DNA of 64,000 bases from Klebsormidium nitens. Lineage: Eukaryota; Plantae; Klebsormidiophyceae. Shown here piece by piece: positions 39,740 through 53,130 of this stretch (the first letter of the stretch is position 1; every line of letters starts with the position of its first letter). Under the pieces are notes generated by a model. That model was not told the origin of the DNA. It saw nothing but the letters and a program-made list of their open reading frames with translations, and did no database searches. The stretch lies in assembly GCA_000708835.1 (NCBI GenBank), contig DF237165.1, positions 1 through 64,000 on the forward strand. Reading direction: 5' to 3'. The translations under genes and the position numbers were made by a program.

Positions 39740-41100
39740 ATTCGGCGAATCAAGGGAGGTGCTGGTACACAGAGCTCTACGGTACATTCAAGGAAGCTAG
39801 AGCGACATGTACAGCCCAGCTAGCTGCCAAGCAGTACCTGTCCACCTACCTTATACTGGTGGTGTACACTTGGAAACATGCCTTGGACGACATTGAGGCA
39901 TCCAAGGCATACGGGTACCTTGGAAACGATCAGCGTGTACAGGACAGGGCCCTGCCAGGGCCCTGACAGTGTCGTTCCCAGTATACCGGTAGTAGGTACA
40001 GCCCAGCCAGCTCCATGTTGTAGGCCAAAGCCCGCGCTTTTGTGTTGATGTGGCCGTTCTGTCATGGTGCCAACATGATCCATTTGATTCTTTGCCGGCT
40101 TCCTGTGCGGAGCTCCACGTCATCCAATGTCCCCTCGGGGCCTCGCAGCAGCCGTTGAACCCCTAAAACCTTATCTCTCCTAGCCTAGGAAAAGGGTGTG
40201 ATTCTCCAACGGCCAGCTAGCGACCTTCGGCACCTACCTACGGTAGTAGACCTTGCAGAGCTACCTCAGCCTACCGTACCTACCTACGTACCGTACGCCA
40301 ATGGTGTGGAGTATCGTGCAACCTGTCGACAGAGCATCGTACCATACGTGTACATGTGCGCCGGCTTCTGTGTGTGCTTTTTCCAAGAGTTTTGTACAGA
40401 TCCGGTACCTACCGCTTGTACACGGCTTCCGGCTAGGAAAGATGTGGGCAGTACCGTACTTGGAAGGGTACAGCTGCCGCCTGCGCATGGCAGAGCGGAA
40501 GCCCACGTACACCTCCGGCTGTGGTTGCGATTTCAGAATTTCAGAATCAGTGCATGGCGTCGAGAGAGAATCCCAAGATGCATGCAGGGGGCTTCGTTGC
40601 AACTTTAAGGCCGCCACGTTGCCTCAAAAAGATACTTTTGTAAAAAGTACGCTTCGTCATAACTGTAGCTTGACGTCATGCACATGATTGGGTCTGAAAA
40701 AGCGAACGCCGAAAAAGTGAATTGAAAAGCCTGTCGGGCTCTTCGTCCCGGTAGAAAAAGCGACTGGCTTCAAGCTTTTTTGCCTTGCCATATGGAGCCG
40801 GTAGAATACACCGACTGTCTGATCACAACGGCTACCACCCGGAAGCCCGCTAGTTTCGGGTCGTTGCCCGACATTGTCGTTGTCAAGTACAGGTGGCAGT
40901 CTTCTGCGAGGGAGATCCTAGGTAGGTACAAGCTGTCGTACCTACAAGGTCCCAAACCTGACTTGCTGCATTTGTACACACGCCCACAGGCTACCGCGAG
41001 AGACGGGGTAGGACCGTACAGGGAGGTTAAAATTGTAGTGCAGGTCATCCAAGATGGGGTCGCACGCTTTCTTTTGATACTGGTACTTCCAAGTTCCTTC
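39740..41100. promoter_or_regulatory. Bidirectional EEVS/MT-Ox promoter region dense in GTAC and GTAGGTAC/GTACCTAC motifs
   Basis: 8-mer hits at 39992, 40276, 40405, 40922 and 40938, plus many bare GTAC and CCTACC, between two divergent start codons. Confidence 0.6.
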
Positions 41101-41315
41101 CTTGTGGAAATCGGTTGAAACATCGACACCGACAATCCCCTCATCTCCTTCTCATTGATGGCCCTAATAGAATTCACAAACCTTACTTCACGGTCCTCGC
41201 AAGCAAAGTGGTGACTCGGGTAGTTTGACTTGAACTGATATCACTTTTGCCCTAAGAAGAAGCAAGATTTTTCCTGCAAACACCAACTACTACTTCCTAG
41301 CCCGCACAGAACATA

Positions 41316-44300
41316 ATGCCGGCCCCGGCGCCCCCATCCTCTCTGCCTCTGTCCGACCAAATGAATGGCAATGGGGCTGCCCAGCCTAAAGCCGGGACCC
41401 CGGAGGGTGTGCATGCAACGGGGCAGCCTGACACGCCCATCGAGGTGATCACCGATCTGCTGCAGAGAGCAATGACGGGCAACTCTGTTGAAGAGGTCAA
41501 AGGGGCAGTGCAGAAGGCGCTGGCAGTAGCTGGGGGGCTGGATCCCTACTTGGAAAAAGTATCTAGCAAGCCAAGCGAGGTAAGCGAGCAGGCTCTCTGC
41601 AGGGGGCCCGCTGAACAGAAATGTGGATTCTCAGCCGTAATGCCACCACCTCTCTGGAGCACAGTCATGGTCTGATGGTACAGATGCTGATGAGTGGCAC
41701 TTCTAGATCTCTAGGAGGGCCAGGTAAGTGGCAGGTGGAGCTCAAGCCTTTCAATGAGGAAAACACACAAGATGCTGTTTGAGCAATTGTCTTGTTCAGC
41801 AGGAGGCAATGAGGAACTGTGAGTGTGAGGGTTCAAGGGTTGCAATGGGCAGCTTCTAGGGTTGGCCGTCATATCGTTCGCACAGGATCAAGCTCACGAT
41901 GAGCTTGGCAACTGCTTGAGTTCTGAATGATCCTGACAGTCGCTGTTTTGTGGGTATGAATTGCAGTTAATCAACGAGCTAATTACAGCTTCAATGAACG
42001 CCCCGTGGAGCGACTTCCATGCCCAGGTTCGCAACACACCCTGGTTGACAGCTGTCTCTTTATCAGTAGATCCCAAGAGTAGCAGCATGCTCTGCCAGTA
42101 TCCTGATCCTTCGCACACCATCCTGGAACCCTAATTTGACTGTGAGGAGTCTGACACTGGTTGCTCACCTCTTCCATGAATACCTCTGGCTGCGCCGATG
42201 CTGAAGTTTTTAGGTCAATCTGTCGGTCCTAAAAGATCTCCAATGCTGGCGGCTGGTACAGGGCAAGACCATCTTCAAGCAGAAGAAGGAGTGCTGCGCG
42301 GGCTCCCTGGAGGGCCAGTTTCTGAGATCTTTGGTCCAGCTGACACATGCCACGTCCGTATTGGAAGTGGGCATGTTCACGGGGACCAGCACGCTCGCCA
42401 TGGCCCAAGCACTGCCCGATTTTGGCAAGGTAGGAGAATTGAGCTTGGACTGTCACGGTATCTTCTCTCAAGATTTCTAGACTGTGCTGGCTTGTGATCT
42501 TCCACATGCTCTTGACAGAGCTTGAGCTCTAGACTTACCAGATAATCCAGGGGAACGATTCAGCTAGGGTTATGAGACCTAAGCCAAACAGACGCTAGCT
42601 TGGGCATCTTCTATCCGCCAGCCAATGTCAACAATGTGACCATTTATTATTCTCGAGAGATTGTCTTTTACATAAACCTTGTTTTCTTGGAGTCTCTATC
42701 TATAGCATGGGCAATTAGGGTTTTGGGGTGACATACTTCCAGAATGGGCAATTAGGGTTCTGAGTGGTAGAGCACTTTCCTGACCCACTTGATTCGTTGT
42801 CCAGGTTTATGCACTTGACATCGAGCCCTTCCTCAAAGAGTTCACTGCCCCCTACTTCGAAAAGTCTGGCCTACAGAACCGCATTGAAGTGGTGGTAGGC
42901 CCTGCCAATGAGTCCATTGAGAAGCTGGCCCAGCGGGGGGTGCGCTTCGACATTGCTTTCCTGGATGCGGATAAGAGCGGCTACCTGGGCTACTACAAGC
43001 AGCTCATGGACAATGACCTTATTGTGCCCGGGGGCATTGTGGTCGTTGACAATTCCCTTATGAAGGTAGTTACCCACTCTAATTTCAGGACTTTGCAGCT
43101 TTTGGTTTTGAATGCGTTTCCCACTCATCAAAGTGAAGCAATGACGATTCAGAAGCTGCGGGTTAAAGTTAGATTCAGTGGCTTAAGGCGGCCCAATCTC
43201 TGAAGTATTGCCTGAGGGACCATGGATTGTCTGAAACTCGTGCTCAGAACGGTAATTTTTTTGTGTGCCAAGCTGAATCACGCTTTTTTGTGTTAGCCTG
43301 TTTCCTCGACCTCACACATTAGGGTTTTAGGGGCTCAAAGCGGAGTCTCAGTTGGCAGTTCTTTGATTGATATCGTCCTGACTGTCAACGGTACGCTTTT
43401 CCGCTCCTTCGATGGTCCGTTTACCACTCCCGTTCTTGTCCGCGAGCAGGGCCGGGTGTACGCCCCGTCCGAAGAGGACGAAATGGCGGACGCGATTCGG
43501 GAGTTCAATGAGTACGTCAGCAACGACCCTCGAGTGGAGGTGGTGGCCATCCCGCTCAGGGACGGCATCAACATCGTCACACGCCGGTGAGGCAGCTATC
43601 TTACCGGTAGCTTTTGCGTGAGCGCCGGTGAGGCGGCTATCTTTACGTGAGGACCGCTTTATTACAGGATTCACGTCTGCTGCTGGCCCTAATTGTATGT
43701 CTGAAGCCTGAATTACAGAAAGTGCCATTTTCTTCAATTTTGGCAGGCACCATGAGTTGGGGTGCTGTTTTGCAACACGAAAGTTTCGGCGCTAAGATGC
43801 CGGACTTCGGATGAATTTGGAACTCTCAGCTCTATTGGTCTGATTCGGAAGAACGACATTGCCTCAGTGATCGGTTCTGGTTTGAGGACCACGCTTACAA
43901 ATTATTCTTGATTGTACAGGCCCGTGAAGGGGGACGAAATCGTGACGGGGGTGGGAAGCTCCAACATCTTGCAGCGGTTCAAGCTGGTCAGCAAGGTCGC
44001 GCTTATCACAGGTGAGTTTTGCCAGACACAGTGAAGGACTCTCTATCTCTACGCTGTTGTCTTCGTGCGGGGGCTGTTTTCCGTTTCCACGATTGCGCTT
44101 TCCTGTCGCTTTCCGTCTTGACAGCGAGTGCTCGGTCACACCGTGTTCGTGAACTACACCTGCCAGGGCGTTCAGACCCGCTCTGACGCCACAAGTTCAG
44201 TATGAGATGATGAAGCAAGACAAGCGAGCGGTTTCCTGTTGTTAAGAGGCCCCTTTCAGTGCCAACGATGATCTACTCGCTTCTCAAGCCATCAAGACAA

Positions 44301-46092
44301 AGTCCTTCCCTTGCTGGGCTCTTCCGATTGCCCATTCGTCGCGCCTGCTGTTTGCAGGGGCTGGGCAGGGTATAGGCCGCGCGTTTGCGCACGCTCTCGG
44401 GGAGGCCGGCGCGGCGGTGGCTGTGGTGGACATCAATAAAGGCAAAGCCGAGGAGGTGGTTGCGGAGCTGCGGGGCAAGGGCATCCGCTCGATCGCCATC
44501 CAGGCGGACGTAACGCAGAAGAAGGACTGCAAACGGTGAGGGGGCTGGGGTGTTTTTGAAACTGTGGCTGGAAGATTTCAATTTGGATCACGCTCAGTCT
44601 CTTGTGAGCTTGGTCGGTAAGCAACTAAACCCAACCCAATTGGGACTTGGCTTACAGTCGAAAGTGCTGAGTCGAGACAGTCTGGTAGAGCGAAAGCAAG
44701 TGTCGTAAAAGACTTCATGACCCGAGGAACGGCAACAAAATGCAAACAGACTTTTCAGAAGAAGTCAACAGGACCTTCGGGTTTGAGCACATCTAAGGCT
44801 TGCTACATCCCTCGGTGGGTGCAGGATGGTCGACGAGACGGTGGCGGCCCTGGGCGGGCTGCACATCGCCGTGAACAACGCGGGAATCAACCGGAACGCG
44901 TCGGCAGAGGAGACGTCCGAGGAGGACTGGGACGCCACCTTCTCGCTCAACACCAAAGGCGTTTTCATGTCCTGCCAGGTGCGCCAGTTTGTATTCATCT
45001 TTGGCCTCGTCAACTGGCCGTGGCACCTTTCGGCCAACCTCTCAGGATTTGCGAGACGCAGCGGCCGTTTTTATTCCGTAGGCAGGGCTTTCAGAATTTG
45101 ATCAGCCATACGGAAAGAAACGACGCGTTGTTCACGACAGGGAACATAGGTTGCGCCGTGAGTAAATCTGAGAATCTAATGCGGGTCAGCGCCTGTCTGA
45201 TTACATGATCAAGTTGGGTTTTTGGCAGTCTTGCTTTCTGCAGCTTCTAGCTTTATGGATTTCCGAGTGTCATCGCACCCTTCTCGCACCACATCCATCG
45301 CTACAAAGCGACGATAATGTATTTCATTCCTATATGGCTGTGGGTTGATTTTCACTTTCCCCACAGGCGGAGGGCGAGGTATTCCTGGCGCAGAAATACG
45401 GCAAGATCATCAACACGGCGAGTATGGCGACGCTGCTGGTGCCGCACCCGCAGAAGCAGATCGCGTACAACTCATCCAAAGCGGCGGTCGTGAAAATAAC
45501 GCAGACGCTCGCGTGCGAGTGGGCGGACCGGGGGGTCAACGTCAACTGCATCTCGCCGGGGATCGTGGAGACGGCGCTCATCATGGTGAGGAACACGTGA
45601 AATCTAACTTCGCCCGCCGGCAGGTGCACAAATCGCGAAGTAGTTAGAGCGTTTCTTCTCTGCAGCAGATCCACAGAATGGAGACACGGTCTCGTCTCGA
45701 CTGAAGTTCCGTTGGCAAGACTCTGCCCAACGAGACACGTGCAAAAACCTTATGGGGTTGCGCACGTCACTTTTGCCTGCGAGCGTGCGATCTTGTCTGA
45801 AATATTGTAGTGCTCCCCCGTTTTCCAAACACGCTACACCTCAGGCTCAAGGGTACTGGAGAGAACTTCCGCAGATTCGACCGCAAAGGATCTTGACGCG
45901 CGCCTCTGCTTCGTTCTGCAGGAGTCCCCAACTCTGAAGCCCCTGGTGTCGGAGTGGCTGTCCCAAATCCCCAAGGGCCGCCTCGCATCAGTCGCAGACC
46001 TCCAAACAGCCATTGTGTACCTTGCTTCGGATGCTAGTAACTACATGGTCGGGCACAACCTCGTCATCGAGGGCGGTCAAAGCTTGTGGTAG
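41316..46092 (+). CDS. mt-ox: Bifunctional methyltransferase-oxidoreductase (MT-Ox): N-terminal CCoAOMT/MysB-like O-methyltransferase fused to a C-terminal SDR
   Basis: MT motifs: [71 protein letters not shown]. The phase-2 intron 43587-43919 joins in frame to [63 protein letters not shown] and [13 protein letters not shown]. Confidence 0.88.
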
Positions 46093-46859
46093 TCGTAGGG
46101 AGTGTGAATAGAAATACGGAGGCAATACAGTTAGGACAGTCAGATATAATGAGCTTTCATTGACTCTCAGGAACTGGGAACGAACCGAGTTTTCATTTTG
46201 GCCTGCGCGTCGCGCCTTTTTTTAGGCCGGCTTTGAAGGAAGCACCTTTTTCTTTTGCTGCAAAGCCATTCGTTGTCCATATTATACCAATAAAATGCTT
46301 GGATCCTCCAGGAAATTGGCCAGAGGAACATCGCTCGAACAGTCTTACACCCAGGCACTTTCTTTTCCCGATGGCTGTATCCGCCAATTGGTGTGGAGTG
46401 TCGTTTGAAGACGTAGGCAGACGATTGTAGCCATGGAGTAAAAATAACAGGGCGCCTTCGAAAAGATATACCATCGGCGACCACTTTAGTAGTATCATGA
46501 TTATGGTGTGTCGCAAGTGTGGCAAGGCTCATGATAGCTCAGCTCCGTTAGCCATAAAGATGTATGCTCTGATAGCAATAGGTATCCCCAGAAGGACGTA
46601 AATATCAGTATAGACCTCGGTCTGGATTTCCAAGGGGAATTGAAGTAGGATATAGTATACTCGTATCGCCACCTGAACGCCTGATCCCTTTCGAACGCTG
46701 ACGACCTCATTCACTGAATCATTCCCCTTCGTCTCCCATCCTGCACTCATTTGGAGTCAGCCGCAATAAAAAGCTTGACAGCATGCCATAATGGACGCTG
46801 GCAACCATAAACGTGGCTGCGCGGCCGCGACACGCGGCCGGCCGCCGCCAGATACACAT

Positions 46860-47460
46860 TTGGGTACATGTTGTATTATACGATGACGGTACCTACCCTA
46901 CTTTTAGTACCTGGCTTCGGTACACATCCCCTGTACACACAGAGTAGCTGCGAGTACATGTATCCGGTACTCGCGGACTGGTAGGTGTTCGCATGACTGC
47001 GGTATCCAAGTTGTACGGACCTGCCCACGTCGTCGAAAAGTAAATGCGCCCGGGATTCTGTAGCCTCCAACACCGTGGTCTTTTCAAAGCTCGCCACGTT
47101 GAGACCTTCGGTACCAAGATTCCATGCAGTGGCCATGATTGAAAAGCGCAGATTCAAAAAGTGCACAAGGCTCTACCGGTACCCTAGCACTTTTGCACCA
47201 TGCACAATCAGCTCACTAGGGTAGGTACGGTACATCATCTATAGACCTGCATAGGTAGACCTGTCACCTACCCTACCTACGGTACCTCCGCTGCCAACGA
47301 GGGCTCTCTACGACAAAACATCAACACCTCCAGATTCTTGCACAAAAGTGGCACTGCCATGAGGAGGTAGGTAGGTAATGCAAAGCCCAAAGTTCGGTGC
47401 ATGCCAGCTGGCAGGAATGCTGCAATCCAGCTAATAAGTGGTAGCCTGTAGGTACTAGGG
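46860..47460. promoter_or_regulatory. GTAC/GTAGGTAC-rich region upstream of the ATP-grasp gene
   Basis: 8-mer hits at 46889, 47221 and 47448, plus numerous GTAC and CCTACC/GGTAGG. Confidence 0.55.
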
Positions 47461-48334
47461 ACATGTCCTGTAGCTAGGACGACCTCCTCTTCTTTCAGCT
47501 GCTGTGCATGGGCGTCAACGGACTAGGTTTGTTTTCTCAATGACCACAGGCACTCTCACTAGTGGCAGAGAGCGTTGTGAATAGCACGCGTGCGCCGTGG
47601 TCCTTATCAGCGCCATTGTTCGCTCCTTGGGCATTTGCATCTAGTCAAGGGAGCGCTGACCCTCATTAACAGCTGTTTGTGGGCGTCTTGGGCTGGTGAG
47701 CACACACATGCCAGCTGCCTAGACCGATGACGGGATTTTGTATCTAAGAGCACTCTCGTAAGCCAGAGTGCATTGTCAAGCACCCTACTGGTGCCCAGTC
47801 GTTCCGGTCCAGGTTTGCAATGATCACTGGTGCTATGTTTCTAAATCTTCGTGTCTTCGGTGACAAAGGTTCGTATGCGACTGTGAAGCTCTAGGAACCT
47901 TTGGCTGACGCTGCCTCTTGGTGACCTCGTACCTGGGTCCTGTGATCCATGCAGCGTGAATTGTGCAATGCAGCATCCTGAAGAGATGGCTGCCTCTGGT
48001 TCATGATGTCGCGAGGTCAAATTGCACAATGTGGTAGTTTAAACAGTCTAGATATCAAAAGTTGTATCAGCAACCGTGGCCAGCTGTTCCAGTGGGCCCG
48101 GTGATATTCTTGCAGTAGCTCACTGCTCACTATAGATGTGCTGAACTTCTCACTTCCCTTTGCCATTGACAAGGTTGATCGTCTGCTAACACCAAAAAAG
48201 TAAGCCCAGCTTCAGGAGCCAGCGATCATCTGGCGGTGTAGCCCAATCGATGGGTCATGGGCTCCAAGAGCACCAAGAGCGTGAGGCTTTGGCGGTGGTT
48301 TAACATTTTGTTTTTTCTTCGCAGACATTGCATC

Positions 48335-51300
48335 ATGGGGTCTTTGGCAGACGGAGTGGAGCAGCCTCAGTGGATCAAGGAGCTGCTGGAGATAGCGCCG
48401 TCAGCAAGGAATAAGGTACGCCTCGGTTGTCACACCGCTGGTTCTTCTCCTCATGCAGTGGCAGTCTGCTGATTGTGGCAGTCTGCTAATTGTAACATGG
48501 ATTAGGGTTTGTGGCTACCCTGCCTTGTGTTGTCCTTCCGCTGTCATTGACGGAGCACAAAGTTTTCTCTGCACCTTATGCTGTGCAGACTCTTCTTCCA
48601 ACTGACATACTCCTAGACAACACTCACTGGGCTTCTGAAAACAGGATTGCCAGTCATTTCAACAGGATGTGATTTTCATATGCGCAAGGCTGTGCTGCTT
48701 TGTTTGAGGAGGCACGTTTTCACTGGACATGACTCTCTGGTTGCAGGAGGTCCTTGAGGTGATTACCGGCAACGCTGCCGCCCGCGCCCGCCGCAACGTC
48801 TTTTTGGCGCGCATCACACCAATGCAGAAGCTCCAGGCCAGAATCAGGAGTCTCATTGCGCTGTGCCTGTTTGCATGGTCGTTCCCTGCCACAGCAGCCG
48901 TCGTGTTCGTCCGCTGGCTCCTGCATAAGCTTGTGGGCAAGCCGGAGCCAAGGGTCCGCCCAAACGGCCCCAGGAAAACTCTCGTGCTTACAGGTGAGCC
49001 ACTGGGCGGTCAGCATTGACAACATACACGAATCTGCAGCTTGGGCGCTATTCGCATTCGATACACTAAACATGGAAGGTGGATCATGGACTTTCCAAGT
49101 ACATCTCCTGGTTGTGATTCAATTGGAGCAAGCCAAGCCATCAGCAAGTCGCTTACATCCCGCTCCTTGGACCCCTTCTAATGTTCAGTTCTTCAGTGAG
49201 TTCCTACAATCAGTGAGGCCCTTGCTCTTGGTCTGCAGTCCATCTCCCAGTGAAACCCTAAAACCCGAACAAGGTTGAACTTTTGCTCCAGGTGCCAAAA
49301 TGAGCAAGTCGATGCACACTGCCCGCCACTTTTCACGCATTGGGTGGCGCGTGGTGGCAATTGAGCACCACAAGTACTGGATGTCGGGGACGCGCTTCTC
49401 CAACTGCGTCGATGCATTTCACACGGTGCCCCCGCCTGATGTGGATCTAGTAGGCTATCTTAAGGCAATGCGGCGGATCCTGGCCAAGGAGAAAGCGGAC
49501 ATCTACATGCCCACCTCTACCGCTTTGCTTGAGGTAAGAGGCGGCATCTTTGATCAGAGCCGTGGATTCAAGAAAGCCTTGTCCGCTCTAATGGTTGATG
49601 TTCAGTTTCGCATCTTCGAGTCCAAGACAAAGTCCGTTGTAACAGATTTTCCAAGTTTGCCATAAGCCTCCGCTTCTGCTTTACCTCCGCCCCTTTGTCT
49701 TCGGATTCATCGTTGAAACTCCCAGAAGATGTCGTTGAATAGCGAATTGACACTTCAGGCCGCCCCCCATCCGGAGATTCTGAGCTTCAGCATTACCAGT
49801 GTGTCTGCGACGCTTCAACCCTCTGAAGCCGGATTTGGATAAGCCCACGCGTTCACCAGGGCTTCGTTTTCATCAGCTCGCCGTTATGTTGGACTGCTCA
49901 ACGAAACAAGCACACGACTCGGTCCAGATTTTCAATTGGTTTTCCTCGCTCCTTCCAAGCCACGGTCTTCCAAGAATTCATCCCGCACCTTTAATCAAAG
50001 CTTTAAAGCTTTGCACGCAACTGGTGGGAAAGATATTTAGTCGAAGCATAACCTTGGCGACGTTGGCGGTTGCAGGTGTACGACGCTCTAGTTCTCGACG
50101 TACTTCCCCCCGGGTGTGTCCCCTGGACGCTCGACGCGGCCACAACGGCACAGCTGAACAACAAGGCCCGCTTCAGCGCGCTCTGCCGTGACGTCGGCGT
50201 GCGCTCACCTGCCTACTTCCACATCGCCACTAAGCAGCAGCTGCTTGACTTCAACAAGAAGCCCGAGATCTTCAAAGGGAAAAGGTAAGGCTCGGGGCCC
50301 ATTTAGGATTTCCTTTGCCGAATCTGCACTGCCGAGAAGATTATTCAAAGTTAAGCCTCTCATTCGATGGTGCAGTAGAGCCTCACGATGGAGTTTCAAA
50401 ATTGGGAAACCATCGGATGTCTTCTTCGTTACAGCAGGAGGTGAATAGGGACCAGGGGCAGCCGAAGATGCCGTGAAGCTGCCAGTTACTCTAGCATGGC
50501 AATCTCGGATGCCGTTCTTCGACCACTCGAAGCAGCATCCATGATTGGCTCCTTAGCGACTGATGGTCAGGAGCTTACCTCCCGCGCCACAACCTTCTCC
50601 CTTAATCCTGCCTTTTCAACGAATCTTCTTTAACCTTCCGCGAAGCTACGTACTTCTTTGAGCTGCTTGGGCTCGTCCTGAAACCAGTAATTCCGTTTGC
50701 TCCAGGTTCCTGCTCAAGAGCATCGCGTACGACTGCATCAGCCGGTCGGAGCTGTTCACACTCCCGTGCGACCAGGCCCGCCTAGAGCGCCACGTGGAGA
50801 GCATTGATTTGGACCCGACGCACCCGTGGATGCTGCAGCAGTTCCTGGAGGGCGTCGAGTACTCGTCGTACAGCATCGTGCACCGCGGCCGCGTCGTCGC
50901 GCACGCCGACACCAAGGCCGAGCTCAACAACTTCAGATACGGACAGGTGAGCGCGCGGGCCGCTCACGTGGCGGCTGTGAGAGGAGAAAGGCGGACTAGA
51001 TATTGCGCAACGTCTTGGGATCTGAAAGCTCATAAGCATGCTTAATGCACTCGTGGGCCTTGGAAGTGTCGCAAGTTGAGGCCCTTCAGAAAACGCGACG
51101 TCTAAATCCGATGTGTCTTCATGTGCGAGCAACAATGTGGCTTGGAGGGTCGGGTCTCCAATTTCCTCACCTCATCTGCAGGCTGAACTCGGTGGCGGCC
51201 TGGCGCCATTCAAAGTTTTGTCGTTCATCGGATCTGTCTTCCCGACCCGAACTTTGTTTTCAGCTGCCACTGGTTGTTCTGATTACTATCTTGCCTATGA

Positions 51301-52363
51301 GTTCGCAATTGCGCATACCTACTCGAGACCTCCCTTCCGGATCATTTCGTCAAACTGACCCGGAGCAGCTGAACGCTGGAAGCTCAATTGGTTGCCCACT
51401 CGATCCCCTCAGCCCATCTCCCGCCTTCGCCGCAGGTGGACTCCACGCAGATGTGGGAGTGGGTGACCGCTTTTTGCGCGGCGGGTAAATACACGGGCAA
51501 CCTGTGCTTCGACTTCATCCAGGACACGCACGACGGTTTGCTGTACCCCACCGAGTGCAACCCGCGCATCAGCAGCATCAATACGCAGTTCCACGACCAC
51601 CCCGCGCTTGCCACCGCCTTCACCGACCCGGAGGTGAGGGCTACTATCTGATCGGGATCGTCCGGAAAGTCGCAAGGCGCAAGAGCGTGTCTGGAGGTCA
51701 TGAGCATTGGAACGTGGCTGTTACGTCTCAGACATCTGTTTCGCTCCCAAAACCAGCGAAAAGGATGCCCCGAAACCTTATTTCTGATGTTCTTCGTCCT
51801 TTTTATGCACTTGCACCAGCGTTGACTTCCTGGCAGAGAGCAGCTGCCCGGAAGTCCCGAACATTCAGCAAGACTGCTCTCACTCTTCTTCCGGAAGTCC
51901 AGCTCAACTGTTCGCTCGCTGGCAAGATCCCTGAAGATCGTCATTCCACCTTATCTGAGACTTTGTCGTCGTTCCCATGACCCTCGTGTTTAACAAAACT
52001 TTCTTCGAAGCTCCCAAGTATCTGGACGGAGTGAATCCCATTTGCGCCTCACTGACTCTCCGCGTGTCCCTGTTCTGCGCGCAGTCGATCGGCAAGTGCC
52101 TGAAGCCCATGCCCGGCAGCGCCCACATCTACTGGTGGTGGGGAGAGTTCTGGACGGCCGTGACAGGCGGAGATTATGCTACGTGGTGGCACCTGGTGAC
52201 GGCCGGCAAGGACGGCGTGTTCGATCTAGACGACCCGCTTCCGTTCCTCTTCTACAACTACCTTCAGATTCCGGTCCTACTGATGCGGAACGTGTTGGGC
52301 GGAAACCCCTGGAAAAAGATCGACTTCTGCATCGGCAAGCTGATTGAGATGTACGGAGACTAA
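48335..52363 (+). CDS. mysC: MysC-type ATP-grasp ligase (mycosporine amino-acid ligase)
   Basis: KTLVLTGAKMSKS, HKYWMSGTRFSN, LLKSIAYD, PWMLQQFLEG, LCFDFIQ, TECNPR, DDPLPFL and terminal WKKIDFCIGKLIEMYGD match the cyanobacterial MysC pattern by recall. Seven coding exons have GT-AG borders. Confidence 0.92.
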
Positions 52364-52721
52364 GGGTATTTTGAGGAGAGAGCCTGCTTCTAAGAACATC
52401 TTTTGGAGGTTATTAAGTGGCAGAGTTCGCACAAAGACGGCAGAGAGGTAGGAGTACATCGAGGAATCGCAAGACAGATTCATACCCAATCGTCGGGGGA
52501 CTGCACAATAGATAAGAGCTCGATATCGGTCTCGGTATCGTGGAGACTCAGTTTTTCCTTGAGTAGACGTGGTGCAGAAATGCATTTGCAACTGATTGCG
52601 GAACTATCGATCATGCAGGACTTGATTAACTCGGTCGCAGAATAATCAATCCGTCTCCTATGAAGTCATGTTCCAAAGCAGAAGTGCTTCGTCGTTGTTC
52701 ACACAGTACCACTTCACGCGT

Positions 52722-52925
52722 ATGCCCAAGTTCTGGACGAACATGCATGGTCACGAACATTTCACACAACTGAGCTCAAAATATATTCGTGGCTGGGCTT
52801 TCATACGTGCGGGTGTAACACATACACTACGTCTTCATGTAAATGCCCAAGTTCTTGACAAACATGTCACGAACTTGTCACACATCAGCTGAAACACATC
52901 CGTGGCTGGGCTTGCACATGTGCGT
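52722..52925. repeat. Imperfect ~121-bp-period duplication between convergent genes
   Basis: ATGCCCAAGTTCT(G/T)GAC(G/A)AACATG at 52722 and 52843; CGTGGCTGGGCTT at 52788 and 52901. Confidence 0.8.
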
Positions 52926-53130
52926 GAGAATTCTTGGATTGTTAAAAGTAGCCGTCGTTCAATGGAGTCTTCTCTTTAGAGAAAATAGCAGCGAAGTAAA
53001 TTTCACATCGGATGTACGCATCTCCGCTTACAGCGTTTACCCCGTCATGTCAGAGGGCTAAACCTTTCGAGCCCAGGGCAAAAAGTGAGTTTATCGGCGC
53101 CTTAATACCTGCTCCCCACTGCTTTGTAAT

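Noticed and set aside
43752-46092. Stand-alone SDR (sorbose/mannitol dehydrogenase-like) gene starting at ATG 43752
   Set aside because: No GT donor after this ATG gives the phase-2 join needed for the 43920 exon, whereas the donor at 43587 in the methyltransferase does. Treated as the Ox half of MT-Ox.
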